From Prionailurus viverrinus (lineage: Eukaryota): a stretch of DNA of 64,000 nt. A program made the position numbers and the translations under genes. The notes under the pieces are model-generated. The model saw only the letters and a list, made by a program, of their open reading frames with translations. It was not told the origin of the DNA and searched no databases. How positions within the stretch are numbered: the stretch's first letter is position 1; each line of letters begins with the position of its first letter. Of this stretch, positions 25,673 to 37,924 are shown in pieces. The DNA is taken from assembly GCF_022837055.1 (NCBI RefSeq), contig NC_062561.1, positions 552,715-616,714 on the forward strand, read 5' to 3'.

Positions 25673-27785
25673 AAATTTATAATCAAATACAGAAAACTCC
25701 AAATCTACAATAAGATGGTGTATTAACCACTTAACTATAGTATAAAGGTTAAAGGAAAAGAACATTAAATAACTATCACTCAGTGGTGAAAAGCTAAAAG
25801 TTTTTCTTTGGAGATTAGGAAAAAGACAAAGATGCCTACTTTTACCACTTTTATTCAACATAAAATTGGAAGTCCTAGCCACAGCCATTAGGCAAGAAAA
25901 ATAAAAAGCATCCAAATTTATCCAATTTGAATTAGAAGCAAAAGTTTCACTATTTGCAGATGATGTACTAAATATAGAAAACCCTAACGACTCAACCAAA
26001 AAATCTATTAGAACTAATAAATGTTGTTGTAAAGTTATAGGATACAAAAATTAACAAAGAAACCAGCTGAATTTCTATGCACTAATAACAAGCTATCAGA
26101 AAGAGAAATTTAAGAAAACAATTCCATGTTACATCAACAAGAATAAAATATCTAGGAATAAATTTATCCAAGGAGGTGAAAAACCTATAGTCTGAAAACT
26201 GTAAGACTGATAAAAGAAATTGAAGATGACACAAATAAATGGAAAGATACATTATACTTCCGGGAAGAATTAAAATGTTCATACTACCCAAAGCAATCTA
26301 CAGATTCAGTGCAATCCCCATCAAAATACCAAAGACATTTTTCACAAAACAAAGAATGCTAAAATTTCTATAGAACCACAAAAGACCCCAAATAGCCAAA
26401 GCAATCCTAAGAAAAAAGAACAAAGCTGGAGGCATCACAATTGCTGGTTTCAAACTATACTGCTAAACTAGAGTAATTAAAACAGTATGGTACTGGCGTA
26501 AAAAAGGACACACAGACCCATGGAATAGAACAGAAAGCCCAGAATTAAACCCTCACATATACAATCAGTTAATATTCAACAAAGGAGCCAAGAACACTCA
26601 ACGAGGAAAGATAGTCTCTTCAACCAATGATGTGAAAACCGAACACATGCAGAAAAGTAAAATTGGATCTCTTTTTAGACCATTCATAAAATTAATTTGA
26701 AATGGATTAAAGACTTAAACATAAAACCTGATACCATAAAACTTCTAGAGGAGAACACGGAAGTAATCCCTTGACATGGGTCTTGGCAATGATTTCTTGG
26801 ATATGACACCATAAGCACAAGCAACAAAAGCAAAAATCAACAAATCAAAAATCAAAAGCTTCTGCACAACAAAAGAAACAATTGACAAAATGAAAAGGCA
26901 ACACACAGAATGGGAGAAAACTTTTGCAGAGTTAATATCCAAAATACAGAAAAACTCATATAACTCAATAACAAAATAATGTAACTGAAAAATGGGCAAA
27001 ATTAAATAAGCATTTTTCCAAAGAAGACATACAAATGACCAACAGTACATGAAAAGATGTTCAACTTCACTAATCATCTAGGAACTGCAAATCAAAACCA
27101 CAAGATATCACTTCACACTTGCCAGAAAAGCTATCATCAAGAAGACGAGACGTAACAAGTATTAGCAAGGATGTGGAGAAAAGGAAATCCTTATGCACTG
27201 TTGGTGGGCATATAAACTGGTTCATCCACTATGGAAGTTCCTCAAAAAAATAAAAATAGATCTACCATATGATCCAGCAATGCCACTTCTGAGTACATAC
27301 TCAAAGGAAATAAAAACAGGATATTGAAGCCTATGTTTACTGCAGCATTACTCACAATAGCCAAGATATGGAAACAACCTAAGTGCCCCTCAATGTATGA
27401 ATAAAGATGTGATATAGATACACAACAGAATATTATTTTGCCATGAGAAAGAAAGATATACTGCTATTTGCAATAACATGGATGGACCTTGGGGACATTA
27501 TGCTAAGTGAGGTAAGTCAGACAGAGACAGACAAATATTGTATGATATCACTTACAAGTGGAATCTAAAGAAGCCAAACTTGTAAAACAAGAGTGAAACC
27601 ATGGTTACCAGGGAGGGGGAGTTTGGTGGATAGGGGAGATGTTGTTTAAAGGTACAAACTTGCAACAAGTAGTAAATAAGTCCTAGAACAGTATAGTGAA
27701 TATAGGTAATATTGTATTATAATGAACAATTTGGCTAAGAAACTAGATCTTAAACTCTTCAACCATTAAAAAGATATAATAACTA

Positions 27786-27990
27786 GGTGTGCCTGGGTGG
27801 CTCAGTCGGTTAAGCGTCCAACTTCGGCTCAGGTCATGATCTCATGGTTGGTGGGTTCGAGCCCCACATCAGGCTCTTTGCTGACAGCTCAGGGCCTAGA
27901 GCCTGCTATGGATTCTGTGTCTCCCTCTCTCTCTGCCCCTCCCCTGCTCACGCTCTCTCATAAATAAATGAACGTTAAAAAACTTTTTTT
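27786..27990 (+). mobile_element. Carnivore SINE with TSD, inserted near the L1 3' end
   Basis: Flanking AAAGATATAAT direct repeats. Confidence 0.9.
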
Positions 27991-28139
27991 AAAGATATAA
28001 TTATGTGATATGATAGAGGTATTAATTATCACTACACTGGCAATCATAATATATAAATACATATATCAACATTATTATATACCTTAAATTTATACAATGT
28101 TGTATGTCAAATACATTTTCAATTAAAAAAAGGAAAACA

Positions 28140-30100
28140 GTTTTGGTTCACCAAAAGATATCATAAAGAGTAAAAAGGCAGGCCACAGACTGGAAGAAGA
28201 TATTTGCAATGTGTGTAACTCTTAAATGATTACAACGGAGGGAGGGGAAATCCCCCCACAAACCAATAACGAAAAAGACAACACCACAGAATGAGTAAAA
28301 GACCTGATCAATTTTTCTCATAGAGGGAATCTAAATAGGTAATAAACATAGGCAATGGTATTTAACATATTTAGTAATCCCAGTAATGCAAATCAAAACT
28401 ATGATGAGATAGTTTTCATCCATACCAGACTGGCAAAAATTGAAGTCTGACAATACCAAGTATCAACAAGGTGTGGAGCAGTGCAAGCACTTACATTACT
28501 TTGCTGGTTAGGCAGTAAAATCATTTTGGAAAATGTCTTGGCAAAATCTATGAGTGTTAAAGACATTCTTACTGATTACCCAGTAATTGCAGTATGTGCC
28601 CTAGAGAAATGAATGTAACCAGAGACGTTTACGAATGTTCACAGCATCACTGTTTAACATCCCAAACTTAAAAAAAATTTAACCATCAACAGGTTAATTT
28701 TAATATATTCATAAACATTCAAACTGCCTTGCAGGAAAATTAGTGAACTAGAGTTGCAGATCAACATGACTCTCAAAAACAATGTACAGTAAAAGACAAC
28801 AGAATACATACAGCATAACTATTCAGAAAGTTCAAAAAGCATTTTTGTAGGACTGCACTTATAAGAGTAGAAACTACACAGATAGGGAATGTAATATGAT
28901 CATGGAGGTGAGAGCTCTGGGGTGCTGTTACTCTCTTTATCTTGCTGGTATTTATCCAAGTATTTCCTTTACAACCATCAAGCTGCATATGTTATATCCA
29001 CTTTTGTAAATTCAATTCATGAAAATAATTTCTAAAAATTCCTGGTAAATTAAAAATCTAGTTGTGAAAACAAAAGTTAATGAGAGAAAATATATATTTG
29101 TGGCCTAAGGATTGAGAAGGATTTCTTAAAGTCATAAAAAAAGATGGATAAATTCCATATTAAAAGGAAAAACATGTATATAAAAAACACAAACCGAAAG
29201 CTAAACCCGGACTGGGAAAAGATCGTGGCAGTGTTTGTAACTGAGAAAGGATTGGTACGCAGAATAACTTCAATAAAGAGAAGCCACTCCCTAAAAAGTT
29301 TTAAATGGGCAAAAGAAATGAACAGGCAATAAACAAAAGAGGAAACCCAAATGTCCATTAAATATACAAAAGGATGCTCACATGACCTTACCAGGAATCA
29401 GAGAAATGCATATTAAAATTACACTAACCCACCATTTCATGCCCATCTGACTGGCCACAGTCTTAAAGTCCGACCAGGTCAAGGGTTGGTAGGCACAAAA
29501 AGCATACTCTGCTGACAGCAAAAAAACTGGCAGAGCCACTTTGCAGAGCAAAGGGAAAATCTCCTCCAGTAGCACAAACCTGGTATGACCCAGCATCCTA
29601 CTCTTGATATGTATCCTGGAGAAACTCACATGACAGATATTTTCTTCAGCCTTATTCATTCTATTGACACACTGGGGGAAAACATGAAGTTCATCAACAG
29701 GAAAACTCAATTGTGCAAATATATATGGAATCTGTATAGCTATTAAAATCAACAAACTAGAGTTTTATATGTATTAATGTGGGTATCAAAATATTGAGAG
29801 AAAAAAGCAAATTGTAGAGGGATACATAGAAACAATACTATATTGATTTATGAACATAATGTAGTAAAAGAATGAAAAACAAGCAAAGGAATGTTGTCAG
29901 GGTGGAAGTAAGTTGGGGAGAATACATAGGGGCTTCAATGATATTTTACAATGTTTTACTTCTTATATTAGGTGTAAATTCTCTATTCTTTAAATTCCTA
30001 ATATATTTTGTAAAAATATCATGCAACTTCTTACCTTGTGTTGGCAAATGGTTTTTCTTGTATTTTTCTACCTGGGTTCCTGAAGAAATCTGACTCTTTT
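28140..30100 (+). mobile_element. Ancient LINE-1 3' fragments (ORF2 C-terminus and 3' region), heavily decayed
   Basis: Motifs atgcaaatcaaaactatgatgagata...ccagactggcaaaaattgaa and ...ggaaaatctcctccagtagcacaaacctggtatgacccagcatcctactcttgatatgtatcctggagaaactcacatgac, typical of old L1M families. Confidence 0.6.
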
Positions 30101-30515
30101 GTAATCGAACTGATGAATTCTATAGTATGAGATAATTTTGAATATAAAATTAGTGCTTGTCTACATATTAGTACAATGAATGAAACTAAAACTCAGCTTG
30201 CAAGGAGAATGGCTTAAGTTTGTTTATGTTGTTTTCATTTATCATCACTACAGGTCAGAGTGAACAAGCTATTATTTATGAATGTACTATATACACACAC
30301 ACAGACACACACACCACCTTTGGAAAAACAGATGGCCCTGAACAACGCTGTGGGGGTTAGGGGCACTGATCCCCGAAGCAGTTGAAAATCCATGTACAAC
30401 TTTGGACTACCTCAAAATGTGACTACTAATAGCCTACTGTTGACGAGAAGCCTTACTAACAGTATAAACAGATTAGCACATATTTTTATGTCATATGTAT
30501 TATACACCATATTCT

Positions 30516-30625
30516 TTTTTTTTTTTAAGTAGGCACCACACCCAGTGTGGAGCCCAGTGCAGGGCTTGAACTCAACCCTGAGATTAAGAGTCAGACGCTT
30601 AACTGAGTGAGCCACCCATGTGCCC
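30516..30625 (-). mobile_element. Partial carnivore SINE
   Basis: Reverse-orientation SINEC head (GGGCACATGGGTGGCTCACTCAGTTAAGCGTCTGACTCTTAATCTCAGGGTT...). Confidence 0.7.
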
Positions 30626-30694
30626 TATGTATTGTATTCTTACAATAAAGTTAGCTAGAGAAAAGAAAATGTTATTAAGAAAGTCATACACTCA

Positions 30695-30880
30695 GGGGCA
30701 CCTGAGTGGCTCAGTCGGTTGAGCCTTCGACTTCGGCTCAGGTAATGATCTCCTGGTTCATGAGTTGAAGCCCCACATCAGGCTCGCAGGTGTCAATGCA
30801 GTTGTCCCCCTCTCTCTCTGTCCCACCCCTGCTTGCACTCTCTCAAAAATATATAAAATGTTTAAAATAAATAAAACTTT
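30695..30880 (+). mobile_element. Carnivore SINE
   Basis: GGGGCACCTGAGTGGCTCAGTCGGTTGAGCCTTCGACTTCGGCTCAGG... Confidence 0.85.
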
Positions 30881-31049
30881 TTTAAAATTTAAAAAATGAA
30901 AAAAAATTGTACGGAAGAGAAAATATATTTACAGTGCTGTACCGTATTTATTGAAAAATTGTGTGCAAGTGGACCCACACAGCTCAAACCCATGTTGCTC
31001 AAGGGTCAACTGTATATTCATTCTTCAAGTGAGGGCATAACAGACAACA

Positions 31050-33180
31050 TAAAATGAAAGTCTGTTGCCAGATTAGCCAGAGAAGAGGGCAGTTAGTTAC
31101 TCCTCAACATCAGCAAAACCCCCTTATCTCTACCTCTCCTGTGAACACTTCTCAACCATCTTGCTCCACTTTGAGCCCTAGCTCCTTACTAAGATGGCTC
31201 ACCACTGCCTCCTTCTAGGGATGGAAATTTCTCACCCTCAGAATTTACACCCCTAGGTTTAGAGGCAGGGTACAGGTAGGTCTTCCTTGCTCCCCATCAC
31301 TGATTCCAACCAAATCTCTCTCCTGCCTAACCACCCCTGTCCTAGTTCTGTGTCTCATGTCCACAACTCACACAACACGTACTCACCTTGCCAGGAGATA
31401 ACTCCACTGCCTTAGCTTCAGTTTCCCAACCTACTCTATCCTCCTTCAGCCATGGACACCAATGGACAAACTCTACAACTGGTCATTATCAATATGTGCA
31501 ATTACCAATAACTGCAAACATCTCATTTTCAAAGCCTTTGAATCCAGAATGTGGGGAATTCTACAAAATAATTACCCTGGTCTACTGAAAAAGCCAATGC
31601 CATTTAATAAAATGCTATAGTATTCAGGGGTAAGATGCCATGATTTCTGCAATTAGCTTCACATGGTACAGCAAAACACATACACACAAGTGGTTAAATA
31701 TTAACAGTGATTGAATCTAGGTGACTCTTCAGGTGGTCATCCTATTGTTCTTTCAAATGTCTCTATTTGGGGAAGCTGTTATAATAAAAGGTTTGGGGAG
31801 ATGGGGAGAACCCCACTTTCTTCAGACTGCTATATCTAGCTCATTCCTCTAACACCCTAACTCCACCAACTGTACAGGGTCCTACAATTCATTAATCCAT
31901 GTAGATTTTCTATGTCCCTCAAAACCTTATGGTCTTATGCAGCTTAAACCAAGTTTCACCGCAGTGACTCTGGTTGCCTCCATGCCCTCACTCACTTTGT
32001 GGTATTCACCTGGATGACCACACCTCTTCTAAAATATAACTCTCTACCACCTTACAACCAAAATGCTGAACAAGAAAATAATGCAAACAACTCTCACCTG
32101 AAAATATGATCTCTAACCTACATAGGCTCCCAAAGCAGTCCAGGAACCAGACTACACTTCCCTAGTTCCTTTGCCTTTCACTCTCCTTCTCTCATCTCCC
32201 CAAACCTCCTACATCTTCACTCTCAGCTGACGACCAAGCTTTCACTTCACTGACAATACTAACATTAGGAGGGAGCTTCCTACCAACAGGTACCACACAT
32301 TGAGCCTGGGTTCCACACCTTCAACCTTCTGCTACCAGGCACATGCTGTCCATGTGTCCTGGCCAAGGCCAGACCCTCCCTTCATTCCCTAAATCCCCCC
32401 TTCTCTCATTTATGAACATTGCTCCAACAATTTCTTCCCACCTTCTCCTGCATCGGCATTTTCCTCTTTACTGAATCAATTCTGTCAATACAGAAACACT
32501 TGTTACTTTTCCCATTAAAACAAACAAAACAAAAACAAAAACAAAAACAAAAACAAAAACAAAAACAAAAACAAAACCTTTCCTACAGCCACTACCCCTT
32601 CTCTTTCCATTCACTGCAACATCTCTCCAGAAAGTTCTTATTCTCTGTCTGAAACTTCTCATTCTCTCTTATCTAGTCAGGCTTTTACTTTCAACACATT
32701 CCTACGTGGTAAATCCAATGACCAATTTTCAGCCCTCATCTAACTTAGCAGCAACCTTTGACATCGCTGGCCACTCTCTCCTCTGGGAAGTACTTTCTTT
32801 ACTTGGCTCTCAGGACACCACACTGGCTTCCTTAACTCCATCCTCTGGTTGTCAATTTTCCTCCCCCCATCTTCTCATACTCTGGCTCAGTACGTGGATC
32901 TCTTTACTACCCACGCTTTTAGCTTTGGTGAACTCCGCCAGCCCAAAGCTTTACCACACATCCTGATGACCCCTAAACTTTTAGCTCCAATCTGACCTTC
33001 TCCTGCTATGTACATAACTTCCCAGACAATATCTCAACCTGAGGGCTAATAGGCATTTCAAATTTACCCACCTAAACCTGAGATCCTAATATCCACGCTC
33101 CCAAGAAATACATGCTCTTTTCTTGTGGTCTCTTACAATAAATGGAAACTCTATTATGCCAAATCACTACACTACACTTG
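31050..33180. repeat. Cluster of ancient interspersed-repeat fragments (unclassified; MER/old-repeat-like), plus (AAAAAC)n at 32518-32578
   Basis: AT/CT-rich decayed sequence that resembles common ancient mammalian repeats. The family name cannot be assigned by eye. Confidence 0.35.
32518..32578 (+). repeat. (AAAAAC)n microsatellite, about 10 units
   Basis: aaaacaaaaacaaaaac... These create the (KQ)n and (FV)n ORF artefacts at 32419-32662. Confidence 0.95.
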
Positions 33181-33189
33181 GAAGCCATT

Positions 33190-33404
33190 TTTTTTAAAGT
33201 TTATTTATTTTTGAGAGAGAAAGAGACCGCATGAGCGGGTGAGGGGCAGAGAGAGAGAAGAGAGAGAGAAAGAGAATCCTAAGCAGGCTTTGCATTGTCA
33301 GCAGAGAGCCTGATGCAGGGCTAGAACTCACGAAACTGTGAGATCATGACCTGAGCCAAAACCAAAAGTCGGATGCTGAACCAACTGAGCCACCCAGGAA
33401 CCCT
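33190..33404 (-). mobile_element. Carnivore SINE with TSD
   Basis: Flanked by GGAAGCCATT direct repeats (33180-33189 and 33410-33419). Confidence 0.9.
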
Positions 33405-33409
33405 ACTGG

Positions 33410-33870
33410 AAGCCATTCTTGACTCCTTCCTTGCTGTCACATCCAATATCCAGCTTATCAACAAATCCTATACACTTCTCAGCCCTCCACTGCTGCTCTT
33501 CCAGTCTAAAGCCCCTCTCATCTGTGGTGTGAATAACAGTAACAATCTCCTAACTGGCATTCCCGATCATGCCTATAACCTTCTCCTCCCCATTCAGTCT
33601 ACAGTCAACAGCAGACAGAGTGACCTTACTAAAATAAAGGATCAGGCCCCCTCTTCAACCATAGCCCTCCACAGCTCCACTTCTCCCTCAGAGGAAACAC
33701 CCAAGGGCTTACAGGAATCAACTAAGGCCTAATGAACTCTGTCCCACCTCCCTCTATCACATCTCTGATCACATCCCCTACCACTCTCCCCACTTCCTCT
33801 GCTCCAGCTCTATAAATTTGAGGGCTCAAATATTTAATATCTCCCTGACTTGACGAAACTGGCTCCAAAC
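33410..33870. repeat. Ancient interspersed repeat abutting the CENPJ coiled-coil exon
   Basis: Resembles a widespread ancient mammalian repeat (…cagcagacagagtgaccttactaaaataaaggatcaggccccctcttcaaccatagccctccacagctcc…). Confidence 0.4.
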
Positions 33871-33912
33871 CTACCATGGATCCATCTTTTTTTGTGGCAG
33901 TCACACACGGAC

Positions 33913-34118
33913 CCATCCTTATGTTGCTCTCTGTAGCTTCTGCTTTCTTCCAGGCGTCTAATCGGAATCTTTCCATCACTTTTATTTCTTCCCTGAGGTC
34001 TGTGTTCTCTCTGACCAACATTTCTATTTGGCTTCTAAGACGGCCATGTGTGCTTGACCATTTTGCTTCCTTTCTTTTCAAATCTTCCTGTAAATCTGCT
34101 ATCTGCTGTTTCAAAGCC
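33913..34118 (-). CDS. CENPJ: CENPJ coiled-coil exon ([65 protein letters not shown]...). The 3' (donor) boundary is uncertain, lying between 33905 and 33913.
   Basis: Acceptor gttttgagag|GCTTTG, phase 0 after the upstream exon. Near-identical to human [64 protein letters not shown]. Donor candidates are ATGG|gtccgt (phase 1, compatible with the 21565 exon) and TGT|gtgact. Confidence 0.8.
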
Positions 34119-34635
34119 TCTCAAAACAAAACAACAACAACAAAAAATTACTAGAATAACGCAATAGAAGAAAAGAGATACATCATCAAAACATAAGTGC
34201 TGCCGTAGCACAGGCAGCAGAAAAGGGAAGGCTTGGTCAATCACATTTCAAAAACATCAAGTTTTTCATGAAAAGGGAAAGGAGTTCAGGGTAAAGACTC
34301 ACCTCATACCATCAACAAAACTGATTCCAGAAGAAGGAAGGCACTACTAAGGAGTTCACTGCAATAACACTGCCATGAGGTAATAAAGGTCTACACTAAG
34401 CTATTAATTGAAATAGAAAGAAAAACAAATGGGAGATTATCTGGTAAAGAAAAAACTAACAGGAATCATGACTAATTGAATGAAGAGCTGAGGTAAAGGG
34501 ATGAATAAAACATTCAAAGTCAAAACCACCAGCCCTGAAAGCAGATTCTGTTTCAGATTCATTAGAAGAAATGGGTTTTAAGAAACTGATCTGTTTCAGA
34601 TGGACTAAATGACATTTGTGAAGAAACTCCTAGAT

Positions 34636-34867
34636 GGGGCGCCTGGGTGGCACAGTCGGTTGAGCGTCCGACTTCAGCCAGGTCACGATCTCGCGGTCCG
34701 TGAGTTCGAGCCCCGCGTCGGGCTCTGGGCTGATGGCTCAGAGCCTGGAGCCTGTTTCCGATTCTGTGTCTCCCTCTCTCTCTGCCCCTCCCCCGTTCAT
34801 GCTCTGTCTCTCTCTGTCCCAAGAATAAATAAACGTTGAAAAAAAAAAAGAAATTAAAAAAAAAAAA
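34636..34867 (+). mobile_element. Young carnivore SINE (CpG-retaining subfamily) with 14-bp TSD
   Basis: TSD AAGAAACTCCTAGA on both sides. Near-identical to the copies at 53455 and 54155. Confidence 0.95.
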
Positions 34868-35089
34868 AGAAACTCCTAGAAATGTCTAGAAGCAATTTGC
34901 AACTGTACAAATAAAAATCAAGACCAATGTCAAAACTAAGGAAAAATTCATCACCTACATGGCTTATGTGGGTGCATGATATGGGGAGTGCCTGAAAGCT
35001 GAGGCAAGGAGCATGAGCAGAAGCAAGATCTCCTTGCCCACCACCTGAGAACTCACCTGAAGGCAGTGAGGAGCCCTAAGGAGCTCATT

Positions 35090-37135
35090 AATACGCATGA
35101 AATAAAAAAGTACATGGCAGCAAATGAAAATGAAAACATGACAGTCCAAAACCTTTGGGATGCAGCAATGGCAGTCCTAAGAGAAAAGTTTATTGCAATC
35201 CAGGCCTACCTCAAGAAGCAAGAAAAGTCTCAAATACATGACTGAACCCTACACCTAAAGGATCTAGAAAAGGAGCAGCAAATAAAGTCTAAAGCCAGCA
35301 GAAGATGGGAAATAATAAAGAATAGAGCAGAAATAAATGATATTAAAACAACAAAACCCAGCAGAACAGATCAATGAAACTAAGAGCTGGTTCTCTGAAA
35401 GAATTAATAAAATTGATAAACCCCTAGGCAGACTTATCAAAAGGAAAAGAGAAAGGACCAAAACAAATAAAATCATGAATGAAACAGATCACAAACAACA
35501 CCACAGAAATACAGACAACTGTAAGAGAATATTATGAAAAATTATATGCCAAAAACTGGGCAATCTAGAAGAAATGGACAAATTCCTAGAAACATACAAA
35601 CTACCAAAACTGAAACAGGAAGAAATAGAAAATGTGAGCAGACCTATAACCAGCAAAGAAATTGAAACACTAATCAAAAATCTCCGAACAAACAAGAGTA
35701 GTCCTGGGCCACATGGCTTCCCAAGGGAATTCTACCAGACATTTAAAGAAAAGTTAATATATATTCTCGTCAAACTGTTCCACAAAACAGAAATGGAAGG
35801 AAAACTTCTAAACTCAATCTATGAGGCCAGCATTACCTGATTCCAAAACCAGACGAAGACCGCACTAAAAAGGAGAATTACAGGCCAACATCCCTGATGA
35901 ATCTGGATGTAAAAATTCTCAACTAGATATTAGCAAATCTAATCCAACAGTACATTAAAAGAATTATTCACCACGATGAAGTGGGATTTATTCCTGGGCT
36001 GTAGGGGTGGTTCAGTATTCACAAATCCATCACCATGATACACCACATTAATAAAAGAAAAGTACAAGAGCCATATGATCCTCTCAATTGATGCACAAAA
36101 AGCATTTGACAGAATAAAGGACCCATTCTTAACAAAAACACTCAACAAAGTAGGAATAGAGGGAACATACCTCAAAATCATAAAGGCCATATACGAAAGA
36201 CCCACAGCTAATATCCTCCTCAATGGGGAAAAACTGAGAGCTTTGCCTGTACAGTCAGGAACAAGACGGGGATGTCCACTCTCACTGTTTCTATTTAAAC
36301 ACAGTACTGGAAGTCTTAGTCTCAGCAATCAAACAATGAAAAGAAACAAAAGGCATCCAAATCAACAAGGAAGAAGTCAAACAATCATTATTCGTAGACA
36401 ACATGTTACTCTATGTAGAAAACCCGAAATACTCCACCAAAAAATTGCCAGAACTAATATATGAATTCTGCAAAGTAACAGGATATAAAAATCAACATAC
36501 AGAAATCTGTTGCCTTTTTATACACCAATAATGAAGGAGAAGAAAAAGAAATCAAGGAAGCGATCCCATTTGCAATAGCACCAAAAACTGTAAGATACCT
36601 AAGAATAAACCTAATCAAAGATTTGAAAACTACAGAACACTTATGAAAGAAGTTAAAGACAACACAAAGAAGTGGAAGAACATTCCATGCTCATGGATTG
36701 GAATAACAAACATTGTTAAAATGTCTATACTACCCAAAGCAACCTACACATTCAATGCAACCCCTATCAAAATACTACCAGAATTTTTCACAGAACTAGA
36801 ACAAATAATCCTAAAATTTGTACGGAGACACAAAAGACCCCAAATAGCCAAAGCAATCCTGAAAAAGAAAAGCAAAGTGGGAGGCATCACAATTCTGGAC
36901 TTCAAGCTGTATTACAAAGCTATAGTCATCAAGACAGTATGGTACTGGCACAAAAACAGACATATAGATCAATGGAACAGAATAGAGAACCCAGAAATGG
37001 ACCCACAAACGTATGGCCAACTAATCTTTGAGAAAGCAGGACAGAATATCCAATGGAAAAAAACAACAGTGCTGGGAAAATTGGACAGTAATATACAGAA
37101 GAAAACTTTTTGGCTTTTCAAAAATAAATAAATAG
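35090..37135 (+). mobile_element. LINE-1 ORF2 5' portion (EN end through RT), antisense to CENPJ
   Basis: + ORFs at 35574-35840, 36075-36464 and 36643-37131 give L1 ORF2 motifs (...FPREFYQTFKEKLIYILVKLF..., ...[53 protein letters not shown]...). Confidence 0.85.
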
Positions 37136-37681
37136 TTAAGAGTTTGCAAGTATTAATAACTGGGGGAAAAGAAGCCCAAAAGCTATGAGAAACATCAAAG
37201 ACAAGCTAACTAAAACAGATTTTTACTACAAGACCAGAAAGTCAAACCAATAAGTGAAAGAGAAAGGTAACTATTAGAGAAAAACATACAAATGTAGTGC
37301 TGGGAAAGATTGGTGAGCAAGTGCTCTACCCAAAGGAAGAGTGCAAGATTTACAGTTAGTACAGAGGGCTTCAATTCACATAAATGAACAGAATTAACAG
37401 CATTTGGTATGTGGGACATTAAACAGGTCAATGCAACATGACACTGGTGAATTTCCAACTCTTGGCTTATTAATTCACCGATGCCGTTATTGTAGTCTTT
37501 TTTTTTTTTTTTTTTGGAAGACTTTGGTAAGAAAACAACTGATATATTTCACTCTAAAAGCCAAAACTACAAAAAATGTTCTTCATGTAGTATCTCAGAT
37601 TATTTGTTGAGTCAATGAATGATTAATAAATTGATACCCAATTTCTCTTTGACACATCATATAACTCTGAGATCCTTACTA

Positions 37682-37924
<243 letters not shown>

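Larger units (their letters stand above)
23230..28135 (+). mobile_element. Old LINE-1, nearly full-length (5'UTR, ORF1, ORF2, 3'UTR), carrying three later SINE insertions
   Basis: The ORF1 C-terminus (...AETLQAWRQWNDIFKVMKDKNCQPRILYPGKLSFRYEGEIKAFSDKQKQREF) lies at 25138-25344. ORF2 RT and C-terminal motifs lie at 25690-27700. Multiple stops and frameshifts. Confidence 0.8.

Noticed and set aside
33722-34114. 130-aa minus ORF extending past the CENPJ coiled-coil exon (…[66 protein letters not shown])
   Set aside because: Only the 5' two-thirds (to about 33906-33913) is supported by CENPJ homology. The remainder runs into intronic ancient-repeat sequence. Its partial resemblance to the human linker is recorded as a finding rather than annotated as CDS.
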